Below, one piece after another: positions 44,178-56,617 of a stretch of DNA of 64,000 nt. The stretch comes from Octopus vulgaris. Taxonomy: Eukaryota. The notes under the pieces are model-generated. The model did not search any database, had not been told where the DNA came from, and saw only the letters and a list, made by a program, of their open reading frames with translations. The DNA lies in the NCBI GenBank assembly GCA_951406725.2, contig OX597838.1, positions 16,058,001-16,122,000 on the forward strand, given 5' to 3'. Each line of letters starts with the position of its first letter. Position 1 is the first letter of the stretch. A program made the translations under genes and the position numbers.

Positions 44178-46289
44178 AACTCATTGCTCAAAGTACCATA
44201 AAGCTGTTGCAATAATTTTTGTGAGATGAGCAGATGAAGTTACGCTGTAAAACGATATTGCAGTTACCCATTCAGTATGAATTTGATAGGAAACCTCTAG
44301 GCTACAACTGATGCTGAACAGGTAAAGTAAGTGTTAGTAGGGTCACTAATATGACCATAAACATAGCTTAATGTTGACCAGCACTATAAAAAGAATAGTT
44401 AGAATAACGAGCTTGCTAATTACCAATTTGTGAGGAAGTATTTAGTGGTGGTGCCCCAGCATGGCTGCAGCCTTCGGGCTGAAACATTTTTAAGGATTTA
44501 AGGAGTACATTAGTAGTTATTGTTTAGCCCCATCTTTAGCCCTGTATATCTATGGACTGCACTGTTTGATGTATCTTTTCTTTCTTTAAGATGTTAAAAT
44601 ATAATCTGAGGGCGATTAGACTACTATTTCCAGCAGGTGAAGAGAGTATATCTAGAGAGAGAGGCTCTTTGTCGGCTCACTTTCTTACTCGGGCAATGTC
44701 TTACAATGATGTGAGGTTGAATCTGCAATAACTGCTTCAGTAAGTATAAATGATACCTCAAACAAGCCTGCCTGGACTTCCCCATTAAACAAGAGGTGGA
44801 TTTCCATACTAAGACGGAGAGCACCATGGCATCCATCTCATGTCAGATGAAGGAATAATGACCGAGATGGTCTATCCAAGCAGAACAATCCGGCCCCGGT
44901 TGTGAGATTTTGTCCACAACCCCGGTCGGAAAGGAGGGTAATCCTCTTGCCAGAGATATAAATATGGTTATAACTGGAAGCACTTTCATTGAAGAAGCAG
45001 AGACAACCGGGACATCCTCCTCCTCCTTAGTGTACCAAATAGAACATTTTTCAGAGCACTACAAAGAACTGGTAGGATAACCCCCAAACATCCAGACTTT
45101 CCAAGGAGTCTCCTGACGAAGACTTGAGTCCTCTTCAGAATTGTTTGGCCATTAACCAAATACAGAGGACCTTAAAACTAAATACAACACAAAGCCAAAG
45201 AGTTAGTATACTAATAAATACCGGATTAGTACAGCTGAAAGTAAATATATGTTTGTAAGGATATGACTAAATGTTTAGTAAACTAACAAATGTGTCTTAA
45301 AGTTGACAGTAACAATTCTTAACAGACCAAAGATCTTTAGAAAAACACTCTTAACAGACCAATACATTGTATGCTTGGCTGATTTCAGTAGTTAGTTTCT
45401 ATTGGTCAGACAAGCTTTATTAATTATAATTAATCCAAGAGACTAATAGTTAATTAAATGCTCAGAGCTGTAACTTTTAATGGAGAATGACAATGCAAAC
45501 AATATTTGAGTGTGTATGAATGCATCTATATATACATATGCATATATGTATATATATATACATATTTATTCACATACTATCAATCTAATGTTAACTTGGA
45601 CGATTATAAAAAATAATTTTTTTTAAAGGGGAAAAAAAATGAAGTAATAAACGAACAAAATTTCTGCTGATTTTGCTGTCTGAAGATGTCTAGCAACAAC
45701 TTGAATCTATGAGAGAGATTATGACAGGGGCTGGACAGATGGGGGGAAGGCAGTCGCTGGAAGCAGAATGCATCAAAGTAACATGTTAAATTGAAGTAAG
45801 GTCAGCAACAAAGTCGATCCCTTCACAAACCACTGAAGCATAAAGTGAATGAAAATCAAATCACCTCACAAGATTTCTATATCCATTGCAGGTAACTTTA
45901 TCCAGACAAAAGTCTGATTGCCTTTTTATTTTCTTTATCCCCCTTTTTTTTTTACAGTTTGGGGCTAAAGCGAGGCACTAAGAAAAGCCTGCAATGGCAT
46001 ATGAATTCACAATTTATAGGCAAGACATTTGATAATTCATCCACTCAGCCACTGAACAACTATTATAAAGCAACAAAGAGTTTGGTAAATACACATGCAG
46101 CCATGCAATATGCATGGATATCCATTTACGTCAACATTTTTATCTGAGGAGAATCCACTGTCTTTTCTGTTAATCAACTGCTATTACTATGACAAAGGGG
46201 ACAACATATATTTCCTCAGACCAGCTTTACTTCCTCTGGAAGTGAAGGTTGAGAGTTTTAGGGAGTTATATCACAGCTTTGAGTCTCAA

Positions 46290-46970
46290 CACTGGTTCAT
46301 GATAGATCTATTACATGTTGCCCACTTTTTTTCTTTTTCACACTATTGTTTGGTAGATCTACCACATGCTGCATCAAGCATGCTTGTCGTGGATCTACCA
46401 AATCACTTCATGCACACTTATTCTGGTTTGTGGCTCAATGCAACTGACTGGTGGTGGTCCTACCACATGTTGTCTCATACAATCATGAGGTGGCTCTATC
46501 ACATGTTGCATCAGATAGTTGACACTGGACGGTTTATCATACATTGCCTCATGCAATCTACCATATCTAAAACATGTTGCCTCATAACTGCATTATGCAG
46601 TTATTTTTAGTGGATCTACCACATGTTGCCTCATGCAAGAATCATGTGATGGATCTACCACATGTCACTTTATGACATAATCATTTAGTAGTGGCTTCTT
46701 CAAGTTACTTTAGGCAGTTGTTTATTGTAGATCTACCACATGGTGCACAATAAAGACATCCTATGGATCAACCACAAAATGCCTCATGTGTCATGCATAC
46801 ATGTGATGAGTTTTTACCTCCATGCAGTGTCCTGCAGTTGTCCTCAGTAGATCTACAAGTTTAGGCTCCAACATTAAGGCATTTGAAAAAAACCTACCAC
46901 ATGTTCATGTTGCTTTGAACAGTTTTGTTGTGATACCTTTTTTTCTATCACATGTTGCTTAATGCAATCT
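46290..46970. repeat. Degenerate minisatellite with core ggatctaccacatgttgcctcatgca
   Basis: More than ten recognisable cores at roughly 35-45 bp spacing. Confidence 0.8.
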
Positions 46971-48456
46971 TCTGAAAAACAGATTTAGGAAAAAACAACA
47001 TGCAAATCTGTGACCTTTCCATCAGTACCATCACCAACTCACCAACCTCTTTCAATTTCTTTCACAAACAAAAGCTGCAGAAATAGAACTAGCATCCATA
47101 AACAACAAATAAGCTACACTAAAACTTAATTTACATTTTGTCTCTCACTCTCTCCAAAAAACAAAAGGAACACTGAGCCATAGTCACCAGCAAATTAATC
47201 TTTTTACTAGGTTAGGGCTTATTTTTAACATTTATTTTATAAATCCTGAGCTAAATGATATTAATTTAGGGGAGTATCATTTTTTTTTTTTAGTATAGTT
47301 TTCTTACTTAAACCTAAGATCACAATTTTAGAGGGCTGGCTGGAGGCATGAGACAAGGTGATATACATCCCTCATGCCTTTCTTCATAGCCTCAATGAAT
47401 CAAATCAAAGGAACTGACTTCAACGGGGAATTGAAATTAGCTCCCTTTTTTTTTGTTTTGTTTCTATGATGCTTGCTGATCTTTCAAAAATATATCTCTA
47501 AACTCTATCACAATTATATATATATAAGTCAGATTTTTCTGATGAAGAAGGATAAGTATAAAATTGTGATGCTAATACCTCTTCTCAAAGTCAATGAGAA
47601 AAGTGATGAGAATAAAAGCTTTTAAAGAGATAAACAAGATAGATGAAAAGATGTAGGATGCTGGGTAACTAAGTAGAGGGAAGTAAACCTAACATAGAAT
47701 AAAGAAGTGTAAAAATAGATAGCTTGAAATAAAGAAGTATATGTATTTGATATATAAGTTTAGTGTCTTTGAGCTAGAATTTTTTGAAAAACCAAAATTA
47801 TCCCATATTCCATTCAGTATGAGCAAACATTTTAAACAAAGTAAAACTTTACCCAAGCACTACAGAACAATAATGGAATAACGAGATGTATTTATTCATG
47901 GGTTTAAAGAATTCTACCACAAGGAAAAATCACGTTAATAATTCTCATTGTTCTTCCTACCCAGCGCAATGAAGAAACAAAATCCCAAAGCATCTATTGA
48001 AGACGGGAACATTATTATGTAACATATTATTATAAGATATTATTTTTATTATTATTAATGGCCATATTCCACTGAAATCATTTGGAATTTTCAAAAGACA
48101 AAGAGAGATTGAAGAAGAAACAAGAGTATGGATGGAGAAGGACAAAGTATAAAAGGAACAAGACGAAGAAAAGAAAAAAAAATGCAACGGGAGAGAAAAT
48201 GAAAGAACGAGAGAGAGAGAGGGGGGGTGGGGAAGCAAGGAAGGGGTGGGGGAACCGTAAAGGAGAAAACATCATCACACACAGTAATACCAAAGCTTTA
48301 AGAATGAAGTGAGGTAAAAGTGGTTGTTAATTATTTAATTACAATATTTTTTTTTCCCATACAGATAAGAAAAAAAATTTTGTCTTCATTCAACTATAAA
48401 TAAAATTTCTGGAAAAATAAAACACTTTATGATAACAATAGTAAATAGTAAATAGC

Positions 48457-48490
<34 letters not shown>

Positions 48491-49271
48491 GGTTAAGCTT
48501 CTAGTGATACAAGATTGCAAACCTAGTTTCTACTCCAGATTTAAGTCAGTTCCCTTACATTGCTAATGCCATTAGGAAATGCATGAATGTCATAAAAACA
48601 CTTTTGCTCCTTTATAAATCTAGCGCCAATGAAAGAAATTAGCATTTTTCTTCTCCTTTTACACTAATTTTTTTTTTGTGTAGAGGATGGTGGTATACTG
48701 ACCTCACCCATCTCAAACTTGACTTTGTCTTCCATCTTCCGCTAGAAAGATGCAAGACAAAGGTAACTTTTGTAGAATTTGAACTTAAGAGCAACAAGGG
48801 CTCTGCCTTTTCAATAATCATAAAGCATCACGCAAACAGCTATCAACTGGCTGATTATAATTCAGGAACAAAATCAACAATACCAGAACTTGGTTGGTAC
48901 GTTATTGTATTGACCCTGAGGTATGGGAGGGGGGGGAGGAGATAAAAAGCAAAATTAATCATGGCAGGATTTGAAGTCAGAAAACGGAGCTGGAAGAAAT
49001 AATGCTGGCCATTTCTTTCTGGCCAAACAATGTTCTAGCGATTCCTGGTTTCTTCACGTAGATTTAAGGGAGAGCAAATAAAGAGGTTGTGATATTTATG
49101 CATTCACAAAAAGAGCAGCAGCAATATGCAAGTGAAATGGCATCAACCGGGAGGAGAAACTGGACTGAGAAGGTGATTCACCAAGAAGCTACTACCACTA
49201 CTAATACTACTGCTACTATCACCACACTGAGATGCACACTTGTTACTACAACAACACGAATAAAAACATCA

Positions 49272-49310
<39 letters not shown>

Positions 49311-50980
49311 TATTATTATTATTATTATTAATGGAAGTTCCTATGAAATGTTAGCACACAAATCAATCCATATAATAATTATCAGATATTGCACAACCCA
49401 ACCCAAAACAGAACCCTACATGACAAAAACAAGCTTCAATATAAGTTCACATGGCAAACCCGAGTAGTTTAAATGAAGCAGAATATTTGCAAGAAGCAAT
49501 GGACATTATTGTAGATGCTTGATTACTGAATTATTATCAGTATAGCATATGGCATGTGAGAACATTGGTTTCTCAATTTACATTTGTAAATGCTACAGAT
49601 GCAACGATGTACAGTGGCTTCTGGCAATTTATGTTATGTAGAAGTGTAAGATACGAGAATAATCTGCTATACTAGCAATACTTAAAAAAAAAGAGAGAGA
49701 AATCAGTAAATATTTCAAGATATTTCTTACAGATCATTTGCTTACTTTTAAGAATTATCCGCATGCTTTCTAAGATGTACTTGTGTGTGTGTGTGTATGC
49801 ATTGGAAAGATGAATTCCGTTAAATAAAAATTGATACAGAGTCCTCACGTTCAAACACTACTGAGCCTGACCAAGACCATAACATTTCCAACCGGTTTCA
49901 CTTAGAGAAAAGTCAAGTGGAGTCATGCGTACTAACCTCGCCTTTTCCAGAAGAAATGCATGTGTATGTGTACGGAGTGTGTGGTGTTGAATGAAGTATA
50001 CATATGTGTATGTAGTGATGTATGTTGTATAGACACATATGTGAACTGTGTGATGTAGCAGAGAAAGTCTTTCTCTTTTTGTCTTTGTCTTTCTCTACAA
50101 AAACACATCTGCAGACTTCAGTTCCACTACGTTATAAGATAACCATTTTTCCATAGACAAGACTTTAACAGACTAAACAGTGAAAATATGGAATAAGAAA
50201 AAGCATTGAATTCTTAAAATATGAAGAGAGAAAATAAAAACAACAAAAACATGGCAAAAAGGGGTGGGTTGGGAAAGAGAGATAAATGGAATTTATTATT
50301 CTAAAAAGAAGTGTAAAAATCTAATAAAGTAAAGATAAATATATCAATGCATATGTGTATATGCATTTGTCTATCTGTGTGTGTGTGTGTCTATGAATAT
50401 TAGTTTGATAGAATATCACATATTTGGCTAAATCTCAATGAAATGCAAATAAAAAATCTTGGAACTGAAAAGTGAAAGTACCATGGTGTGTGTGTGTGTA
50501 TGTGTGTATGTGGTGGGTGTTGAATAAATTATCTAAGGAATAAAAAGCATATTAGTGTGTGTGTTTGTGTGTGTGTATGTATGGGAGAGATTTATTGCAT
50601 AATTAAGGCCACAACACATACAAATATCTTTAACACATACGTACATACATAGTTTGCACTCAGCCACCATTAATCTAAACTATATTATACTAACAATACA
50701 TCAGGGAACTTTGAGCTAGGATCTAAATTCTAGATCATATATATATATATATATATATAACTACTTAAATGTAATTCTAAAAACTCCCACATTTCATTTT
50801 ACTTAAAAGCACCCACCTGAAGAGACCTGACACCGTGCCAAAATAAAGTTTTAGTTACTACATTGCAGACTTCCTCCATGTACCTACTAACGTCCTTCTT
50901 GTTCTCTTCCAACATTATGCGGATGTAAATGTACGTAGGCATGTGTGTGTGTATATACATGTATGTGTGTGTATATTATA

Positions 50981-51011
<31 letters not shown>

Positions 51012-51281
51012 GGCAAGTTCCAGAAAAAAAAAAATACACGGAGCCACACATGGGTCTCTATATGTTGCAAGATTATTCAGAGCTAAATCATCGTAAATTT
51101 CTTGTGTATGTGTGTTTGAATAAATGTGCGTGTGTGTATATACACACATACACACACACACATCTATATCTGTGTAAGCATGTATATGTATATCTTATAC
51201 ACATCCAAATAAATATTCCCTTCTTTTTCTCTCTCCCAACTCATCAATACATACATACATACATACATATATATATATACA

Positions 51282-51326
<45 letters not shown>

Positions 51327-51688
51327 GTATATATATATTCATCAGGCTCTAAGTGTATGTGTGTGTATGTAAATATATATAATATAAATATATCCATAGA
51401 GAGATAGATAAATAATGTAGATATGCATATATTTATACACATATATATCCATATATATATAATATATTGTCTGTGTGTTTAGTTGTGTTAATGTGTGTCT
51501 ATTATCTACATATTACACAAATAATGGGATTTCATTTTAAGTTAGGTTTGGTTTGTGATGTGCTTGTATTTATTTTGCTTGAACTGCAGTTTTGCTTTCA
51601 ACTTCCTTCTAAGAAGGCTGCATATGGCAGCGGCATTGCTGTAGAACTGACCAAGCTGTCTGCTGCGAGGTACTGGACTTATTGCAGA

Positions 51689-51728
51689 TCATATTTTCAC
51701 CGACTGTTTCCTCCGTGACAGTTTAGAC
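51689..51728 (-). CDS. KIF1A: KIF1A/unc-104 canonical last coding exon: (R)SKLSRRKQSVKI-stop
   Basis: Completes the conserved IRSKLSRR C-terminus. Acceptor tttccttag; TGA at 51689-51691. Confidence 0.92.
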
Positions 51729-51743
51729 CTAAGGAAAGAAACA

Positions 51744-51900
51744 AAAAAAAAGGTAAATAAATATATTAAGTAAAAAAGGTAAATAAATAAATAAGTAAAA
51801 AAAGGTAAATAAATAAATAAGTAAAAAAAGGTAAATAAATATATTAAGTAAAAAAGGTAAATAAATAAATAAGTAAAAAAAGGTAAATAAATAGATAAGT
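51744..51900. repeat. ~25-bp tandem repeat aaaaaaggtaaataaataaataagt x6
   Basis: Directly visible; abuts the acceptor of the last coding exon. Confidence 0.85.
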
Positions 51901-52096
51901 GAAAGTGCTTTGTTACTTTAGCATGAAACATCAATCCACCCACCCTACTTATATTCATTTGACCCTTCAGTAGTTAAACCGTCTATATCAGACCCTAATA
52001 TTTTAACTGTTTTACTAAGATGTCAGGTGATGCCCATGAGGGTGCTTGACTGTTCCAATGCTTTAGCCAGGCCATTGCCTATGGTTATGCTTGTCA

Positions 52097-52263
52097 CGTG
52101 TTCTGGGTTCAAATTCCGCCGAGGTCGACTTTGCCTTTCATCCTTTCGGGGTCGATAAATTAAGTACCAGTTACGCACTGGGGTCGATGTAATCGACTTA
52201 ATCCCTTTGACTGTCCTTGTTTGTCCCCTCTATGTTTAGCCCCTTGTGGGTAGTAAAGAAATA
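52097..52263 (+). mobile_element. 5'-truncated young family A SINE in the KIF1A intron before the canonical last exon
   Basis: Nearly identical to 14499-14661, with CpGs intact. Confidence 0.85.
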
Positions 52264-52461
52264 TATGCTATAAGCATGTTGGCTAGCTTCAGTCAGTTCT
52301 GTTGAACCTTGTGGTGTTAAATTCATGTTTTTTCTTGCTTTTTCTTTCTTTCTTCCTCTTTTACCCTTTTTTCCTTTCTTTGCTCATGTTTGTGTTTTCT
52401 TCGGAAAAAAAAAAGTCTATCTTTATTTCTTCTTTTGCTGGTGTCTTAAATTTAGGTTAAA

Positions 52462-52763
52462 TCAATGTTTCTCAAAGGGAGGCCTATGGAACAGTCGGAC
52501 AAGTTGTTTTGAGAAAATTTGGTTTAAATGTTTGACAACTCAGCACCATCCATTGGATGGGGGGCGTTTTGCTCGTATAAGTATCATATTCGTACATGAG
52601 AATTTCCAATAAATTATCCGAAACTCTTAGGGAAGTGCATAAAAAAATTAAAATGTTTTTTATATATAGTAGAAGTGTAAGCAATTTATTGCACAAATTT
52701 TAACAACAAAATCTTATATGAACCCACCAAGGGCCATATGTGGACCCTGGCTGAGAACCACTT
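52462..52763. mobile_element. Degenerate hAT-like MITE
   Basis: Ends caatgtttctcaa / ctgagaaccact resemble CAGTGGTTCTCAA TIRs; TSD not exact. Confidence 0.45.
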
Positions 52764-53038
52764 CTTTAAACCTTGAATATAATTGTGAGACAGAATCAGT
52801 GAGACACAGAGTATGACAAGGCTGGGTAACATTGCATTAATAACTAAAAATAGCAGTCAAATCTCTGAAATTGATCCTGCTATCTTAAGAGAGGAAAAAG
52901 ACAAACAGATTAGACACTGTAGTTCTAGATATACAGAACAACAACAGGATCATGATTGAAGTGTCATTGATCATAGATCTGTTTGATCAAGGCTGACCTA
53001 GGGTTAAACCAAAAAATGAATAAATATATGTAGTTTAC

Positions 53039-53157
53039 CTAATTCGGCCAGCGAGAAGTGGATTGATGGCATATAGCCAATCATGGAAATCTTTGTCATC
53101 AAGAGTTTGAAGGAAAAATCCTCTATGTTTGGTCATTACAGAGAATGTGTTTCGAGT
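53039..53157 (-). CDS. KIF1A: KIF1A/unc-104 PH-domain exon: [39 protein letters not shown](R)
   Basis: Translated by hand (absent from the ORF track). Contains the conserved HRG-x-LQ and HDWLYAxNPLLAG motifs. Acceptor cacttcag, donor gtaaac; 119 nt, phase 0 to 2. Confidence 0.96.
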
Positions 53158-53379
53158 CTGAAGTGAAAGCAAGATAAAAAAAATATTTAATAATACATTT
53201 TATATGTGTAAGTGAGAGAGAAAGAGAGAGAGAGAGAAGAGGAAAATGCAAACGATAAAGAGAGAAAAATTAGAGGGAAAGAGAAATAAAGACAGACCAA
53301 AATATGTTTATAGAAATCCACTAAAATATGATACACATCAGGACACGTTCACACATACCCACACATACAGAGCACATGC

Positions 53380-53680
53380 ATACACACTACAGAACAGAGA
53401 GTAGGACACGTGTCTACAGAATACAGAATATGGTACACCTCTACACAACACAGAGTATGATACATCTCTACAAAATACAGAGAATGACACATCTATATGG
53501 AATATAGATTATGGCACATCTATAGAGAATATAGATTATGGTACAGATCTATAAAATAGAGAGTATAGTACATCTCTACACAACATAGAGTATGACACAC
53601 TTTTACAGAATATAGAAAATGGCACATATTTACAGAGTACAGATTATGACACATCTATACAGGACAGATTTTGACAAACA
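53380..53680. repeat. Degenerate ~29-bp minisatellite (acacatctatacagaatacagagtatg)
   Basis: About ten copies filling half of the intron between two PH exons. Confidence 0.8.
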
Positions 53681-53733
53681 TCTTCAGAGACTAAGCCACA
53701 AGTAAATGTATAGATAAATTGAATGACATATAC

Positions 53734-53853
53734 CTTGAGCATAGCTTGTTGATCTTCACTATATTCAATCTGAGCTGTGGCTAAGTTAATCAGACCCCTT
53801 TCAACGGGATCTTTCTCATTGTTGTAGATATACACATAAGGACGACGGACAAC
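53734..53853 (-). CDS. KIF1A: KIF1A/unc-104 PH-domain exon: [40 protein letters not shown]
   Basis: Highly conserved KIF1A PH segment. Acceptor tttacag, donor gtatat; 120 nt, phase 0-0. Confidence 0.96.
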
Positions 53854-53909
53854 CTGTAAAATAAAACAAATTATCAGTTAATGAATTCATATACATATAT
53901 TATTATTAT

Positions 53910-54460
53910 TATTGAGTGAAAAAGCAGTGCATGCCATCAAAGTGACACTGGGGTAAAATATATGAAGCCTAATATACCCATCATGACTACCCTGTCTGAT
54001 AAGGGTACACCAGGTGTATGCATCACAACCATATGTGCATGACATGGTGATCACATATCAAGATAGACAGCACATGACCTTGTAGGTGGAGTCCAGTTAG
54101 AATTTTCTTCAGGTCGAGTAGCCCATCCTGCACAAAAGGTCCTTGAGTAAGGGTTGTTTAAAGATGTTGAATGCAACACCCATGTTTCCAGAGGTGCGTT
54201 ATTCAAACCCCAAAGAATTCCTCTCAGCACATGACTATGATGCTCTCCCACTACTTCTGCTGACGATCAGAGATGCACATATCATCAGCTACTAAGGGCC
54301 ATGCTCAACTGGTTAAGGTCAAATAACTGACAAGCAAATCAGAAGAATATTTACTATAGCCCATCATTTATACCAAGACAAACCAATGTACTTGATAACA
54401 CTTCCAATCAGTCAAGATCAAAAGCCATAAGAACCACTACCCAGTACTGCATTAAGGCAT
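53910..54460. repeat. Interspersed repeat shared with ~32610-32785
   Basis: Shared catggctatgatgctc...agagatgcacat...catgctcaactggttaaggtcaa...ctgacaagcaa blocks. Confidence 0.65.
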
Positions 54461-55077
54461 TATTATTATTATTATTACATTTTTCAGACTGATTGTATGT
54501 TGATGTCTTTTGATCAGGAGTGGGTCATAATGACCATGACTCCTGTCAACTGTCTCATTCCAGTTAGATTGACATGACTCTTCTCAAAATCCTGGCAGTT
54601 CCATGTAGAGGGTGGGGATGGGGTGGAGAAACCACAGAAAGGAGAAACAAGTTTACAGCACAAAAGAAATCACTTTAAACGTGCTTAAATAATATTCAAC
54701 ATAGTTTATATTATCGGAAATATAATTTGGAAGTGTTCATGGTGTCATGGTAAGGATCTGATCAAAGGCTTTGCAATTAAAAAACAGTAGGAAAAGAAAA
54801 AAAAAACAAAAATAAACATTATTTTCCATCTTACTGTTAGTTTTGTTTCATTTTAAAAAATAAAAATTCATTTTACAGTTTATAATTGTTTATATTTTAA
54901 ATCACATATATATGGGGACACCAAACTCTTTTAAGCCGTTAGGGCCTCAATCTGGCCCTGTCTGAAATTACGTGGTTGGGAAACAAACTATTTAAGTACA
55001 GAGTCGTGATGGTATGGTACACACATACACACACCCACAACAGATAAGAAGAATGGTTAGGAGTGGAAGATACATAC

Positions 55078-55309
55078 CACCCAACGTTTTGTCCATCCAT
55101 TGGTCTTCTCTTCCAAGAAGTTGAGGTAACCTTTCCTCGATACTATGGGGCTGACCCTCACTTCCTCAATGTCTGGAATGAATAACTGTTGGTCAGTCTC
55201 TGGCTTGTTAGTCTTCAATGGCAAAGAGAACTTACGTTCAGAATTCTCGGCCATTGACGATAAGCTTTCGCAAGATTTCGACTGGGTTTTTGTCTCAGTA
55301 GATGTAGGC
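55078..55309 (-). CDS. KIF1A: KIF1A/unc-104 exon, start of PH domain: PTSTETK...[36 protein letters not shown]
   Basis: Matches the KIF1A motif PDIxEIRVSPIVSKKGYLxFLE...GWxKRxV. Acceptor ttacag, donor gtatgt; 232 nt, phase 2 to 0. Confidence 0.95.
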
Positions 55310-55485
55310 CTGTAAGAAGGGAAAAACAGAAACAAGATTATTAACATTATTGTTGTTGTCATTATCATCAACTTTGTTGTTGTTGTTGTAAATAATTTAT
55401 GAAGATTGGTGCAACTTTTTGCAAAGGTGAATCCACAATTAGAAGAGTGTGATATATAGTAGTAATGGCTCATACATGAATCCAG

Positions 55486-55536
<51 letters not shown>

Positions 55537-55614
55537 TGAGAGAGAGAGAGAGAGAATGCACATGTGTACATGTATATACATGTGTGTGTGTACATGTATA
55601 TATATATATATATG

Positions 55615-55810
55615 ATAGATCGCCATGATAGATCATTAGCCACTACACACATTTTTTCTCTCCTTGTTTTCTGTGTCCCTTTCTGTAGAAGAGCATAGGC
55701 TCGAAACATAAAAGACTTTTTCTATTCCTGAGCGTTATACTAATACAGCTGTTTGTTTGGTACACCACCTGTCTTCATCTTTTGTTGTTTTTTTTCGTAA
55801 ACTCTCCTAT
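55615..55810 (+). mobile_element. Penelope-like terminal repeat fragment
   Basis: gaagagcataggctcgaaac motif. Related pieces at ~26555-26650(-), 11480-11560(-) and 4160-4270. Confidence 0.5.
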
Positions 55811-56480
55811 ATATATATATGTGTGTGTATGTGTGTGTGATTGTATGCATTTCGGTTGTGTGTTTGTATGTGTATGTAGATTTGCATGATGCATGTGTAT
55901 ATGTAATATTCAACATATGTCATATTTCATACTGCCTACAACAAAAATTTGATTCATGCATCAATACATACGAATACTGAAGTGAGTGATACAGAAAAGA
56001 ATGGAGGAGAGAGTAAAAGAAGAGGACAGAGAGAGGGAGAGAGAGAGATTAAAACAGAGAGAGAGGTGAGGGAGAAGAAGAGACACACATGCAGAGATCG
56101 AAACAAGCAAGACAATGTGAGGGAGAGAGAGGGAGAGATTAAGACAGAGAAGGAGGGAGAGAGAGGGGGAGAGAGAAGTAATATGAGAGAGAGAAAGAGA
56201 GAAGGAAAGAAAACTTAAGACAGAGAAAGTGGAGAGAGATGGACAAGGGGAGAGAGAGATGCAGAGAGAGAGAAGCAGAGATAGAATCAGGCAAGATAAT
56301 GAGAGAGAGAGAGAAAGAGAGAGAAGCAGAGAGAGAGAGAGAGAAAGAAAGAAAGGGGGAAGGAGAAGCAAAGAGAGAAAGAGAGAGAGAGAGAAAGAAA
56401 GAGAGGGAGAAAGGAAGAGAGAGAGAGAGAGAGAAAGGTTAAAACTGAAAGCAAGAGGGAGAAACAGAAAGGTTAAGACT

Positions 56481-56511
<31 letters not shown>

Positions 56512-56572
56512 GAAGAAAGAAAGGTTAAGACTGAAAAAGAGAGAATGGGTGAACTGTGTAAAAACTACTGAC

Positions 56573-56617
56573 CATTTGTGAGCATTAGCAGCTTGTCCTT
56601 CTGAATGCATTGACACA
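56573..56617 (-). CDS. KIF1A: Candidate 45-nt cassette exon of KIF1A: (S)VSMHSEGQAANAHK(W)
   Basis: Long upstream (CT)-rich tract, GAGTAG tandem acceptor, donor gtcagt; phase 2-2, no stop. Confidence 0.6.

Noticed and set aside
46095-46610. 171-aa ORF, or a CRISPR-like array
   Set aside because: The ORF runs through a minisatellite. The context is eukaryotic, repeats are degenerate, spacers are related and there are no cas genes.
49931-50820. Donor-like sites (GAG|gttagt at 49937, CAG|gtgggt at 50817) downstream of the canonical stop
   Set aside because: They could indicate 3'UTR introns, but such motifs are frequent by chance and cannot be supported without RNA data.
55949-56528. Arg/Glu-rich ORFs; also 61228-61769 and 62905-63299
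   Set aside because: Translations of intronic (GA)-rich purine tracts.
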